Shown: positions 39,520-52,546, counted from the first letter of the stretch. The stretch: DNA of 64,000 nt from Phoronis australis (GCA_002633005.1 NMRA01000002.1:2800687-2864686), one strand, 5' to 3'. Translations and numbers: made by a program. The notes: generated by a model not told the origin, from the sequence alone.

Positions 39520-39960
39520 GAGACGTGATTAAAAGGCACACGACATTTCGAAACATACTGCCTTGTTTCATTCTCAAGTGGAAATAAAATGAACCAGTAA
39601 TACCACTACAGAGCAAAAGCTGGAAACACATATATAGAGGGACATGGCAGGAGTGAAATACTGCAAAGAATGACAACTGNCAGTGTAGTATGTGGCACTA
39701 CCTTGTTTACTGCTCATTAAAAACAGGCTTCTCGAATGAATCCAAAGGGACTCCCAACACTTTCAATCGCAGCACGTCGTGCTCTATGTACCCAAATGTC
39801 GTGTTTTCCACAATTTCTAGATGGGTGATTATTTCATGACATTTCAGAAAAAGTTCTTGTATGATGCCATTTTGATGCATAGATAATCGACAGGAAAGAC
39901 AGCAAACCCGCTTGACCAATGTAACATTGCTTGACAAGTGTCCTGTATTCAACCAATTTT
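39520..39960 (-). mobile_element. Degraded Penelope-like element (GIY-YIG remnant + terminal region)
   Basis: Frameshifted KQCYIGQAG / LSCRLSMH resembles the YIGQT.R.L..R..EH endonuclease motif; followed by CTTGAGAATGA...TTTCGAAATGTCG, resembling a decayed Penelope hammerhead core; N at 39680. Confidence 0.5.
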
Positions 39961-41214
39961 GCACACCAGAAAACTTGCTCCCAACTATGTACTTAATGTA
40001 CTACTAGACATTTCAATTACATTCTCATGAGTACTAATTCATATCTGATCAGCTAAAAACCCTTTGCGTTACCACAGCAACTACTGCAGGTATCTCAACA
40101 CTAGTTAGGAAACACTTGATTGTGGTCAATTTCATCAGCATAAATTAAGTACAGTAAACACTTTCAAGTGCCATTACTTATACAGGGCCCTTGTTCCTCC
40201 CAAGGGAAAGATGTCTGTGTCTTCTGAAAGGGTAATATATCAGGGTGAGGGGAAAATTCTACCACCTGATCACTATCAATAGCACCCCCACCCTGTCGCA
40301 AGCATTATAGGCTCTGCCTCAAGAAACCATTAACTAACCTCTTGTGCTCTTTCATGTTGTTGTCACCAGCTTGTGTGAGGGGAATGTTTGGGCATCGTAA
40401 GAGGAATTTCACATGATTTTCAATATTTTTTCAGAGGAGAATGGGGACGAAAATAGGCCCCAAAATCGAGGGATAGATGGGTCGATCATGCTATATTCAA
40501 TGAGTACCAGATGTTAAAGCATTGATTTTAATACAAATTTAAAATTTGGTGTCCATCTCAAGCAAATACTGACAGGAAGCAAGAACTCTCAAAACATAAA
40601 TTTTCCTTGAGAAATGACACAAAACAAAATTCGTTGCACCATACTGTGCCCTTTTACAGTAATTTTCTTTCAACATGTCCAGCTACNCTCCATTCATTTA
40701 CACCTGAAGCACACTCACTAGTCATTGAAAACATAAAAATATAAAAATCTTTGAAACAGTGAAGGCAATATTTGGTACAAGAATGCAATCTTAAAACATT
40801 CCAGTACATTTAAATTTGTTTACAGCATTCATTTAATTAGCGACACGCATGTAACACAGAATATTTGGACATGAAAAACATCCTCAACCTCTTGAGTATT
40901 AATAACCCAACTCAAAATTCTAAGTGATTACAACTTACGTGAGCACAAGTCAAAGGTAATACTTTCAACACTTCCACGCAGTCAATGTGGCAACTTAACA
41001 TGTTTACAGCTTAAAACGAAGTTCACAACTTGTTAACAGTTTAAAGGCAACATAAATCAATATTATATTATATGAAGCAACCAATTAACAACCCATCTGC
41101 TGTGAAATCCTTATTGTTAAGTGCTTAATTAGGGCATGTATCCAAATGAAGAAGACCCTCTGTTGAATGTTCAATAGGGAACAGGTGACAGGCTTCAGGT
41201 GTGTTTTGCTAAAA

Positions 41215-41981
41215 GGTTATAAATGCAAGACTCTAGAAAAATTAAGTATATACAAACCCGGGTACCTTCGAACATCATATTTCAAAGATAACTGATCTGA
41301 TTCATATGAAATTGTCAGAGATTGTGCTTTATGCAATGTACTTCAAACTCTGGTTAGGAGTTGTTTTAAAATGTACCACATTAGCCTGAAGGACTATCAA
41401 AAATATAAAAATTTTATGATTATCGTGAAAAACTCAAAGCTGTAGGAGACGAAAACGAAAAATAAAAAAAAAATGTAACAGCGATTTTCAGACTTCATCT
41501 TGACCATTTATGTCAAACAAACACGATCAATATTATTGATATGTGAATTCTTCACTTACTTACCACACAATGTGACAAATTTCTCCACGAAATTAAAGAC
41601 CATTTTTAGTAAATTATCAGTGATGCTTTGTATCAGTAATGCAGATATCACACAACATTTGATAGTTTCGTTATTTGCATCACATACCTTTTAAAGAAAA
41701 AACAAACATTTTGGCAAATTTTATTCTTGTGTGAAAAGTAGACCTACCATACTGTTGTTTTGCACATGGATGTACTGTTCTTTTTGCTAAATTTTATTTA
41801 AAAAGAAATGAACATGTGACCCCATTAATGACAGATTGGTACTAAATCAAAATAGAATTCTATAAATACTCTGCTTTCACAAAACATCTAGAATTTTACT
41901 AAGTTAAAATCAATACATTTGCAGGTATTTTGCTAATCTACACAGACTGATGTCAATACGCCCTCATAGATATATGTAACC
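41215..41981. mobile_element. Degenerate Kolobok-like element related to 8350-8790
   Basis: AAAA|GGTTATA ... TATGTAACC|TTAA ends; shared internal segment at ~41275-41312. Confidence 0.45.
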
Positions 41982-43222
41982 TTAAGTGCAACCTAAACAC
42001 AGCGAATTAACCACAGAACATACCCGATGAAATTCAATCGTTCCCTAAACTATTCATTGACTGGGTGTAGTCATACAACAGTTAAATTACTGAATACACT
42101 TAGAGATGAAAGCAAATAATAATATGTAATATGAATTAATTACTCAGGGGAATTTTCCATAGTAGCTATCCATAGGGTGTATTTGGAAAGAGTCTTACTG
42201 TTTGCTTACTAGAATGTTGACCAAATATAAGCCTGGGTATAGTTTTGGACATTGTCGGGCCAAAAAACAAAATGTGTCAGCAAGAATGAAGGCAAATATC
42301 CAAAAGTTAAATAGCTTGGTTTAAATGGCACAGCTAGCACAGTTAGTAAAACTTACTTGGTAGGTTTCACATAAAAAACCCGCTGATATTTATAAACTCT
42401 ATCCTGCTTCTTTAACGCCTTGTTTTTGTTTGACATATGATAACATTTCATTTTGGAAAGCCCAACAAATAGCAGAAAATTTCAATTGTGATTCTGTAAG
42501 TAGGCCCATGGGCATATACAAGGGGGACCTGTTTGCAACAATTCAAACATTGCAAATCTTTTGAGTATACAACACCAAATGCTGATTGACATTAATTAGA
42601 AACAGTAGGATGTTTAAATCATGTTTTGAAACTGGTACTCACAAAACTTTTAATGGCATCAATAAAAACCAAGTGAAAACACATACAGGTATTGCTCTCA
42701 ATCAATATTTCATGATTTTGGCACTGATAATTACACCAACATGTGGTTTCAATATAGCTGACACTTAACTCATGAACCTGCAGTTAACAAAATCTGAAAC
42801 CTCCTCTTGAAATTCCAATAACCTCTAAGCCATATTAGTAATTCCAAATACATAATATCAAAGCCAAGAGTACACAAGAGCCTCCTCAGCAGACCTCTGA
42901 GACTGAGACTTACCAAGCCTGTTTACACAGTGGGGTCTTATTCAAGCTATTGAAAGGTGTGTAAACATATTAATCTTGTGATTATTAGAACAGTCAACAC
43001 AGATCTAAATAAATGAGAACTGTGTAGATACACTGCAACAGTGAGTAAACACTTGGTGCACCCAAAAACTGTACACTCTGATAAAAACACAGCATTCAAT
43101 TCAATAATTTCAGGTTTTACAAAAACGCCCCATGAGTAAATGTTCAAATAAAATGTTGACTCCATCCTAATGCAAGTGCGACCCCAAAATTGTTTGATCA
43201 CTCAGCAGTACAAGTAAAAAGC

Positions 43223-46087
43223 TACATGATGAATTTCCAATAATTAACGTTAAAGACAGAAAATTCAACCACAGATCGAATATGTATGCAGCTAATCCTG
43301 CCACCAGGTCTGGGATGCGTAAAACTGCACAACTTATCCGTCTGATAAGTTTAATTGTTGCAAGAGGTGAAATGAGTAGCTCAATTGATAAGAGCAAGGT
43401 GATGCATATTAATACGATGTCATCCATCCAGCACGTAACTTTTACGCACAAGAGCCCTGGTTCTAATAGAATAATTCCGTAAAAATACACTTAGCTGAAG
43501 TCAAACTGAATTGACTATTGAACAGTTGTGTCGAGTAATAGAAAAGCCACTAGCAAGTATTAGGTAAGAAAGAATAGTGAAATTCTCATACTGACACTCA
43601 CGAGACTAATGAAAGTGTGAAAGCAACTTCTGCTTGATCTTGACTCACATTGAAGTGGACAGAAATTCAATTACCACATAGTTGTTCATCAAATTAAAAA
43701 CAGAAGAATAAATCCAACAGTTTGTCCCTCCCATTCTTTCATTAGGTTGAGTTCACTGATTTAATTTAACTTTCTGATATCGGCTGGGATCAAAATTCTC
43801 CTGATTTTATCAGTCACAACCTCTGATTCATCGCAGTGAGACATGCATGAAAACACGTTGTCCTTCAGAAATTTACCTTTTCCCATAAGCTATCAGTACG
43901 TCAGTGACAACTTTGCGACATAATGAAAGGCTATCATTATTAGTGGGTAGGGTGTTAAAATGCTTTTAATACCATTAAGTTCAAACCACCCGTGACTTCT
44001 GGTATGACAGTCCAGTATAGCTTCTCCGAACCACATGCCAAGCAGCAACTGCCTCAAGTTTAAACCATTTGAACGCTTAACGCTCATGTGGGGAGCCCCG
44101 TTGTTGCCGGATTTCTACACTATACTACTAAAGATTATCTCGATCTTTTCAGCACATACCTGTCGCGTAAAGGAGTGTAATTGCACTTCTTTTCAAGCTG
44201 TCTTATGATCTCCTGCAGCAGCCCGGGTGAGAATTTGATGCGTTTGACATGCTCTAAAAACGTGGAGGAATTTCTCAATTTTGCTACCATTCTTGGTGTG
44301 AATGTCAATTGCCAGAGCCTATGACTCGCTACTGACCAATATTATATTTGAATAATGTACAATAAAATATGCACACAGATGCGAGATTGAAAACTTCGTA
44401 ACACTTCTGGAGATCATGGGTAACAGTTGGAAAGCAAGTCATTTCATCATTCGATATGTTAGAGAGGTATGAGCTAAAAAGATGTAAAGCCACTACTAGT
44501 GTTGTGCCAAGAGACTTCCAGGTGTGATGTACAGCCACATAAACCCTCTCTAAATCATTTGCCAAGCAGCAACTGAATCTTGGCTGAACGATTTAGACGC
44601 TCGGCTCTGCATCCGCGCAACCCAGGTTCAAGACCCTAAGTTACTGAAATTTTTTTCACTAGCACCCAACAACTGAAGAACTTGCGTACATATGGGATAT
44701 CAGCATTCCTCTCGGGGCAGTCCAGTCACAGTCAAGTGACTGCAGTGCAAACCCAGACCAGAGACGTGGCCAACCTGAGGGTGCAGGCGGCACGCTTGAT
44801 CTATAGAAGGGAGAGGAGTGTTGTGACACATGACTTCCAGGTGTGAAGTACAGTCAGATAAAGCCTCTCTAAGGCGCTTGCAAAGTGGCAATTGCCTCTT
44901 GGCTGACCAGTTTAGACGCTCAGCTCTCACACATGCAACCTGGGTTCAAGTCCCGGAGTCAACGGAATTTTCTTATCTAGTACACATGCCGCCTTTGCAG
45001 GTAGACAAAAGCACTGGTCATATATAGCGGTCCCTAATTATGAGAATCTGTTTCATCCACTGAATAACAGGTGCGTTATTCAGTGATTGCTTTATTCTCA
45101 GTATCACTAGTATCAGGGTCCCAGGGACTGCTATATCCAACCAGTGCCAGTGGCAGTGCCGTAGACTACTGTATTTGTCCCATTCCAGTTAATCTTTGCC
45201 ACTTTAAAAAAGGCTGACCCACAATTGTATCTAAAGCGAAACTGTGGCAGGCCCGATACTTCCTCCGCCTTGCCGTCGACGTGCTGAGCAATGAATCCGT
45301 GTGTGTGATTTTGTTGTTATCGTGGACGGCGTGGGGAGTTCGCCGGGCGTTTTTGTTTTGATTTTTGGACACCCTCACGACTCACTGGCTCTTATATCAC
45401 AGCTGCATTTAGCTAAAAATGGATAAAAAAGAAATGTCCAAAATCGGTAACTCTTTGACCAACAAGTTTGCACAATTCTAACATCTTAGCACACTGACTA
45501 CATACCCTGAATGACGACTGCGTTGCCCTGAGCTCCACGCGAACCTTCCCCTTCGCTGCTACCAACACTTGCTTCCGTTTTCCGCAGTCGATGTGTTTTA
45601 GCATCGTGATTGGTTAAAAATCGGTCACTAGGTTGCGCGATAATACGGAAGTTGGACTAAAGCCATCAGTTCATCTTGTGGTTTACGGTCAAAGTTCGAA
45701 TGGATGGGGTGATTTTCTTCCATCTCGTAACGTTTTAGGTTACGTTTCATTGCAAAAGCATCTTTATGAATTGACTCTGTTTTGAGGAAGAGTTTAGGTA
45801 CGCTTGTTCTACAGGAAAGACTGAGGTAGCTAGGTGGTAATAATAGCTGGTAAATTGAAACTTTCATATTTCTATCACAAAACACTGAGAAAACAGGAAC
45901 TGTGTCTCTGTTCAAGCAGTGGGCAATTGGCATGAGTTGATATTGGTAAAATACTGGGCGGTGGCACATCTAAATCCATGTTGTATGCTGGAGGATTTTC
46001 TGTAAGTTATGCTTAAAAGGATACTAAACCCTGTTTTGATGATTGCAATCAATCCTCGTTCACAGTCACCTGCTGTTGGCATCAAAA
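43223..46087 (+). repeat. Duplicated segment, copy A
   Basis: Collinear with 46654-50513, with scattered substitutions and small indels. Confidence 0.95.
44895..44965 (+). pseudogene. Degenerate tRNA-derived (Glu-CTC-like) sequence; further copies at ~44578, ~48055 and ~49315
   Basis: A-box-like TGGCTGACCAGTTTAG, anticodon-loop-like CTCTCAC, B box GGTTCAAGTCC; no proper acceptor stem. Confidence 0.5.
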
Positions 46088-46652
46088 CCCAGATAGCATC
46101 ACTACGTTGGGCCGACGTCGCCATTCGTTGGCTCGAGGTCGATTGGTCGCGGTCGGTTTTTTGACGTTGGTCCGACGTTGGTCGGCGGTCTACGTGATAC
46201 TGCTTTTAAAAGCCTGTTTTGCACTTCCAAGTAAATTCGACGCTTGCGATATTATTTTTTTAAAGTTACAGTGTATAAGTCAACCTATTTGTCCTACTTT
46301 GAATATTGTTCAGTCTTGACGTCGGACCAACGTTGGCTCAGCGTCGGGCACGTTTGACGTTGGGCCGACGCGGGTGCGACGCGGTGCGAAAAATCATATG
46401 TGGTGCTGAGTCCGACGTCGGTCCAACGTCGTGTCGTTGTCAAAAGTGTAGGTCCATTTAACTATAGCGTCAAATTGAAAAAGGAAAATTAAAAATCCGT
46501 CTGTTATTCAGAAAAATATTTACTGCCGTGCATAAGTCAACCTATTTGTCTTTCTTTGAGTATTGTTCAGTCTTGACGTCGAACCAACGCTGGCTCAGCG
46601 TCGGGCACGTTTGACGTTGTGCCGACGAGGGTGCGACGCCGGGTGCGAGAAA
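46088..46652 (+). mobile_element. CCCAG-terminus non-autonomous DNA element, truncated by the assembly N
   Basis: Starts CCCAGATAGCA exactly where copy A departs from copy B; many CGACGTTGG/CCAACGT subrepeats; ~120-bp block repeated at 46272 and 46528; right end missing. Confidence 0.7.
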
Positions 46653-46653
46653 N

Positions 46654-49600
46654 TACATGATGAATTTCCAATAATTAACGTTAAAGACAGAAAATTCAAC
46701 CACAGATCGAATATGTATGCAGCTAATCCTGCCACCAGGTCTGGGATGCGTAAAACTGCACAACTTATCCGTCTCATAAGTTTAATTGTTGCAAGAGGTG
46801 AAATGAGTAGCTCAATTGATAAGAGCAAGGTGATGCATATCAATACGATGTCATCGATTCCATCCAGCACGTAACTTTTACGCAAAAGAGCCCTGGTTTT
46901 AATAGAATAATTGCGTAAAAATACACTTAGCTGAAGTCAAACTGAATTGACTATTGAACAGTTGTGTCGAGTAATAGAAAAGCCACTAGCAAGTATTAGG
47001 TAAGTAAGAATAGTGAAATTCTCATACTGACACTCACAAGACTAATGAAAGTGTGAAAGCAACTTCTGCTTGATCTTGACTCACATTGAAGTGGACAGAA
47101 ATTCAATTACCACATAGTGGTTCATCAAATTAAAAACAGAAGAATAATTCCCACAGTTTGTGTCTCCCATTCGTTCATTACTAGGTTGAGTTCACTGATT
47201 TAATTTAACTTTCTGATATCGGCTGGGATCAAAATTGTCCTGATTTTATCAGTCGCAACCTCTGATTCATCGCAGTGAGATATGCATGAAACATGCTGTC
47301 CTTCATCCATGGATATTTCAAGAAATTTACCTTTTCCCATAAGTTATTACTACATCAGTGACAACTTTGCGACATAATGAAAGGCTATCATTATGATTGG
47401 GTAGGGTGTTAAAATGCTTTTAATACCATTAAGTTCAAACCACCTGTGACTTCTGGTATGGCAGTCCAGTATAGCTTCCCGAACCACGTGCCAAGCAGCA
47501 ATTGCCTCAAGGTTAAACCATTTGAACGCTTAACGCTCATGTGGGGAGCCCCGCTGTTACCAGATTTCTACACTACACCACTAGAGATTATCTCGGTCTT
47601 TTTAGCACATACCTGTCATGTAAAGGAGTGTAACTGCACTTCTTTTCAAGCTGTCCTATGATCTCCCGCAGCAGCCGCAAGTGACACGACTGCCCGGGTG
47701 AGAATTTGACGCATTTGACATGCTCTAAAAACGTGGAGAAATTTCTCAATTTTGCTACTATTCTTGGTGTGAATGTCAATTGCCAGAGCCTATGACTCGC
47801 TGCTGCCCGATACTATATTTGAATAATGTACAATAAAATATGCACACAGATGCGAGATTGAAAACTTCATAACACTTCCGGAGATCATGGGTAACAGTTG
47901 GAAAGCAAGTCATTTCATCCCCATTATTAGATATGTTGGAGAGGTATGAGCTAAAAAGATGTACAGCCACTACTAGTGTTGAGCCACAAGACTTCCAGGT
48001 GTGATGTACAGCCACATAAACCCTCTCTAAATCATTTGCCAAGCAGCAACTGAATCTTGGATGAACGATTTAGACGCTCAGCTCTGCACCCGCGCAACCT
48101 GGGTTCAAGACCCTAAGTTACCGAAATTTTCTTCACTAGCACCCAACAACTGAAGAACTTGCGTACAGATGGGATATCAGCATTCCTCTCGGGGCAGTCC
48201 GGTCACGGTCAAGTAACTGCAGTGGAAACCCAGACCAGAGACGTGGCCAATCTGAGGGTGCAGGCGGCACGCTAGGCAATGACCATCGCCTTTGTTGGCC
48301 CGAACCAGAGGCGATGCAGCTCCTATAGGCGCTCCATACGCCGGAAGCTTTTCGGCGAATTATGCCTCACACTAGCTAAAGCATGAAAGTCACGTTGTTA
48401 TAAATACCTTTTGCATATAGAAGGAAACCTTAGGAGGTTGGCGGTGTGTTTAATTCCTTCCAACTCGTACAAATACTTCCATTATCGAACTTTTTGTTCG
48501 AGCAGTCACTCGTTCAATTCCCAAAATCGTGAACTCACCATTTTTATACTGCGCACGCTCCAATTTTTACCGCGCTCGCTAGGTGATGTGAATTCATGAC
48601 CTCAATCTTTAAATAGGCCAAAGGTGAGTCATTGCGGTCTTGTCAGTCAAATGTTCATTTCCAAAATGCCACCACTTATACTTGTCTTTAATTGGCGTTA
48701 CTTGAAACTGATTGTATTTCAATGAATTATTGTTTGTATTTGATAAAATAAATGCTGTTGATATGACATTTAATAGTCTTTGTGCACATATTTGACATTT
48801 TAATGTTTAACGACGGCAAATGCATGGCTGGTTCCTGGCAGCACGTACGCAAAGGGCGGGAACTTCAGCTTTCAAAGTTCGCCGGAAGCACTGCACCTTC
48901 GGCCTGGTTAAAAGAATCTCTTGGCGTGCGCTGAGTGAAAATGTTGAGTTCACGATTTTGGGAACTGAAATAGGGACTGCCCAAAGAAAAAGTTTCATAA
49001 CGGGAGTATATGTTCGAGTTGGAAGGAATTAAACACATCGACAACCTCCTAAGGTGTTCCTCTATGCGCAAAAGGTATTTATAACAACATGACTTTGATG
49101 GTTTAGTCGGTGCGAGGCATAATTCGCCGAAAAGCCTCCGGCGTATGGAGCGCCTATAGGAGCTGCATCGCCTCTGGTTCAGGCCAACAGAGGTGATTGC
49201 CTAGCGGCACGCTTGATCTAAAGAAGGGAGAGGAGTGTTGTGACACGTGACTTCCAGGTGTGAAGTACAGTTAGATAAAGCCTCTCTAAGTCGCTTGCAA
49301 AGTGGCAATTGCCTCTTGGCTGACCAGTTTAGACGCTCAGCACACATGCAACCTGGGTTCAAGTCCCGGAGTCAACGAAATTTTCTTATCTAGTAGTTCT
49401 AGTACACATGCCGCCTTTGCAGGTAGACAATAGCACTGGTCAGATATATAGCGGTCCCTAATTATGAGAATCTGTTTCATCCACTGAATAACAGGCGCGT
49501 TATTCAGTGATTGCTTTATTCTCAATATCAGGGTCCCAGGGACTGCTATTATATCCAACCAGTGCCACTGGTTGCACTGCCACTGGCAGTGGCAGTGCCG

Positions 49601-50513
49601 TAGACTACTGTATTTGTCCCATTCCAGTAATCTTTGCAGGTGTTTAAAAAAGGCTGACCTACAATTGTATCTGATGCGAAACTGTGGCAGGCCCGATACT
49701 GCCTTCGCATTGACGTCGACGTGCTGAGCAATGAATCCGTGTGTGTGATTTTGTTGTTATCGTGGGAAGTTCGCCGGGCGTTTTTGTTTTGATTTTTGGA
49801 CACCCTCACGACTCACTGGCTCTTATATCACAGCTGTATTTAGCTAAAAATGGATAAAAAGAAATGTTCAAAATCGGTAATTCTTTGACTAACAGGTTTG
49901 CACAATTCTAACACCTTAGCACACTGCCTACATACCCTGAATGACGACTGCGTTGCCCTGAGCTCCACGCGAACCTTTCCCTTCACCGCTGCTACCAACA
50001 CTTGCTTCCGTTTTCCGCAGTCGATGTGTTTTAGCATCATGATTGGTTAAAATTCGGTCACCAGGTAGCGCGATAATACGGAAGTTGGACTAAAGCCATC
50101 AGTTCAACTTGTGGTTTACGGTCAAAGTTCGAATGGATGGGGTGATTTTCTTCCGTCTCGTAACGTTTTAGGTTACGTTTCATTGCAAAAGCATCTTTAT
50201 GAATTGACTCTGTTTTGAGGAAGAGTTTAGGTACGCTTGTTCTACAGGAAAGACTGAGGTAGCTAGGTGGTAATAATAGCTGGTAAATTGAAACTTTCTT
50301 ATTTCTATCACAAAACACGAACTCTGTCTGTTCAGCCAGTGGGCAATTGGCATGAATTGATATTGGTAAAATACTGGGCGGTGGCACGTCTAAATCCATC
50401 TTGTAGTTGTATGCTGGAGGATTTTCTTCAAGTTAGGCTTAAAAGGATACTAAACCCTGTTTTGATGATTGCAACCAATCCTCGTTCACAGTCACCTGCT
50501 ACTGGCATCAAAA
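46654..50513 (+). repeat. Duplicated segment, copy B (includes a 931-bp insertion)
   Basis: Begins immediately after the N at 46653; matches 43223-46087. Confidence 0.95.
48273..49203. mobile_element. 931-bp non-autonomous DNA transposon, ~280-bp TIRs, 9-bp TSD (AcademH-like, or MuDR)
   Basis: TAGGCAAT...ATTGCCTA ends; GCGGCACGC duplicated at 48264-48272 and 49204-49212; single copy at the empty site in copy A (~44787-44795). Confidence 0.92.
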
Positions 50514-52079
50514 TTCTTGAAATGAAAGATAAAAGCAGGAATCTCACAAATTGGATATTATTATCATGGTCCTTGGAGAGTGGTCTTTTCCCACAGTTGT
50601 TGTGTAATTCTCTAAAAACGTAGGTCATGCTTACCCGCTTAGCAGTTTTTGAAAATTTTCAATTTTCTTCTAAATATTTGATACCTGACGGTTGTCAAGG
50701 GTTAGCGAGGACAGCATTCTTCAGCGAATCGCTTCGCGTATCTGTCACCGTGTTAAATTCGCTCACTACAATCGGCAAAAAATAACTCAAAAATGTAATA
50801 AATGTGAATAAAAATTATTGCAAACTATGAAAGATTATATTGTTTTACTTATCTGATAATCTTTTTTTGTCGCAAAATTCGTTTAATAATACTTTGCACG
50901 AGTTTTTTGCAGGGACGTGACCGATTTTTCAGACCAAAATGGATGCCGGTAAAAATGAGTGCTATTTGGTTTTCAACCCAGGAGAAGACTAAACTCGCGA
51001 ATTTTTACGTGAAACTTCGTGAAAGAACAAAAGGGAGCCTTGCGAACACGATTATGTAAGTAGTTTTCACTTTCCTGCACTTAAAAGTTGAAAAAGTCGC
51101 CTGTTCCCGCGACCTTCAACTTCGAGCTGAATTTATTGGTATATAGAATAATTTGCGAATGTAATGAAATGTATTCCGCACTAAAGGGTTCATTAATGAA
51201 CTATTTCAAACACTTGTTCTAAACGAACATTTCGTCAATTTCTGACAATCGGGCGAATTTCTGACTCACTTCGTAGTTCCGGGTACTGCCGCTAGGGGTG
51301 GTCCTGTGAATCGCGTTGAATGTTTGGTTTACAATACTGAAGCACTTCAACTTTTGCTGATGAAAACTCAATGTAAAAGAGAACTAAACAGTCATTTCTC
51401 GTAGTGAGAACAATGATTCTTATATTTAAGTTTTTTTTTACTATTTTGTTTCACATTTTTGTTGGTCAAGCCACTGATAGACTTGGGTTGGCTTGCTGCC
51501 AGAGAAGTCCACACCCATCTTGCCTTGTTGGTCATGACATTTTATTCAGAATATGTCAAGATAGAAAATGAAAATGTTTTAATTTTAGATTAAACAAATA
51601 TTACAAATGTACAGTTCTACTGCAGTCCTGTGTTTCCAAGACTTTGTGGTCCACTACTTTGAAACATACATGCTTTCGATAAACTTTTTTTCTGACCACG
51701 GGCCAGTATATATAGTTTTTAACGGAACAATTGAGGTTTGCCTAGACTGTTCATAAATCTCACCCTGATCTTTATCCTCCAGGTAAGCTTTGTTGGAATT
51801 TACTGTGGACCAAACCAGTTGTTATTTTCTTCATTATTTTTGTTCTTATAATTTCACTCCTGTTTTGAGTTTCTATCTTCATCATGTCTCACATTTCTTT
51901 CTCAACAGACTCTGCTTCTAGCTCTTGGTCCAGATCCTTCTACTTTCCTGCTTCTACTGATTCTACTTGCATTTTATCAGTTATTCAGTTGGACATGATC
52001 TCATAGACAAACGGTCAAAGCCTCCTTCATTTTGGCTCTCCCCTCCACCTATCGGACTGTGCTTTTCAGCTCCTGATGC

Positions 52080-52546
52080 TGTTGAGGAGTCCGCGAAGAA
52101 GTACCATATGCCAACACCACCTCTTAAGACACTGTCAGACAAATACTGACATGACCTATCTAGCTATTTCTTTTTTCTTTTCACAACCTTGTAGTTTAAT
52201 AGTATTATGTCACCTTTGTTAAAATGTGCATAATTTCCAAGTAGGGTAACATTTTCGCATAACACTGTTCAAATAATTATGAATTATAGTATTCTTTCAG
52301 GTCCTCGGATATCTGTCTTGGTTTAATATCCATTACAACGAAGATGAGGCTATCTACTCCTTTCGGCTGATTGATGACTTTGGTCAAAGGGACTTCGAAG
52401 TGCTGGAATAACTCAGTGTTGCATAGTAGATACTCCAATGCCTTATGATAGTCAGAAAGGGTTTGGCCCCCTTCCTTGAGGATACCACAGGTCTGTGTAA
52501 GGAACTCCACTGAGCGTCTGTTTACTGGAAGGTACTCCACTGCCAA
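52080..52546 (-). mobile_element. Possible LINE ORF1 (gag-like) relic
   Basis: 89-aa ORF (DYHKALEYL...MDIKPRQISEDL) loosely resembles the pre-C2HC region; downstream QCLKRWCWH resembles a decayed knuckle. Confidence 0.3.

Noticed and set aside
43167-43490. Hydrophobic 107-aa ORF as a membrane protein
   Set aside because: The second copy has an indel changing the N-terminal frame; no family motif or convincing splice structure.
44578-44965. Functional tRNA genes
   Set aside because: Acceptor and anticodon stems do not pair; one copy has a deletion in the anticodon arm.
50041-50060. In-frame TGA as selenocysteine/readthrough joining ORFs 50058-50399 and 49840-50040
   Set aside because: A second TGA follows in frame, the downstream ORF is in another frame, copy A has TAG at the preceding codon, and no SECIS is evident.
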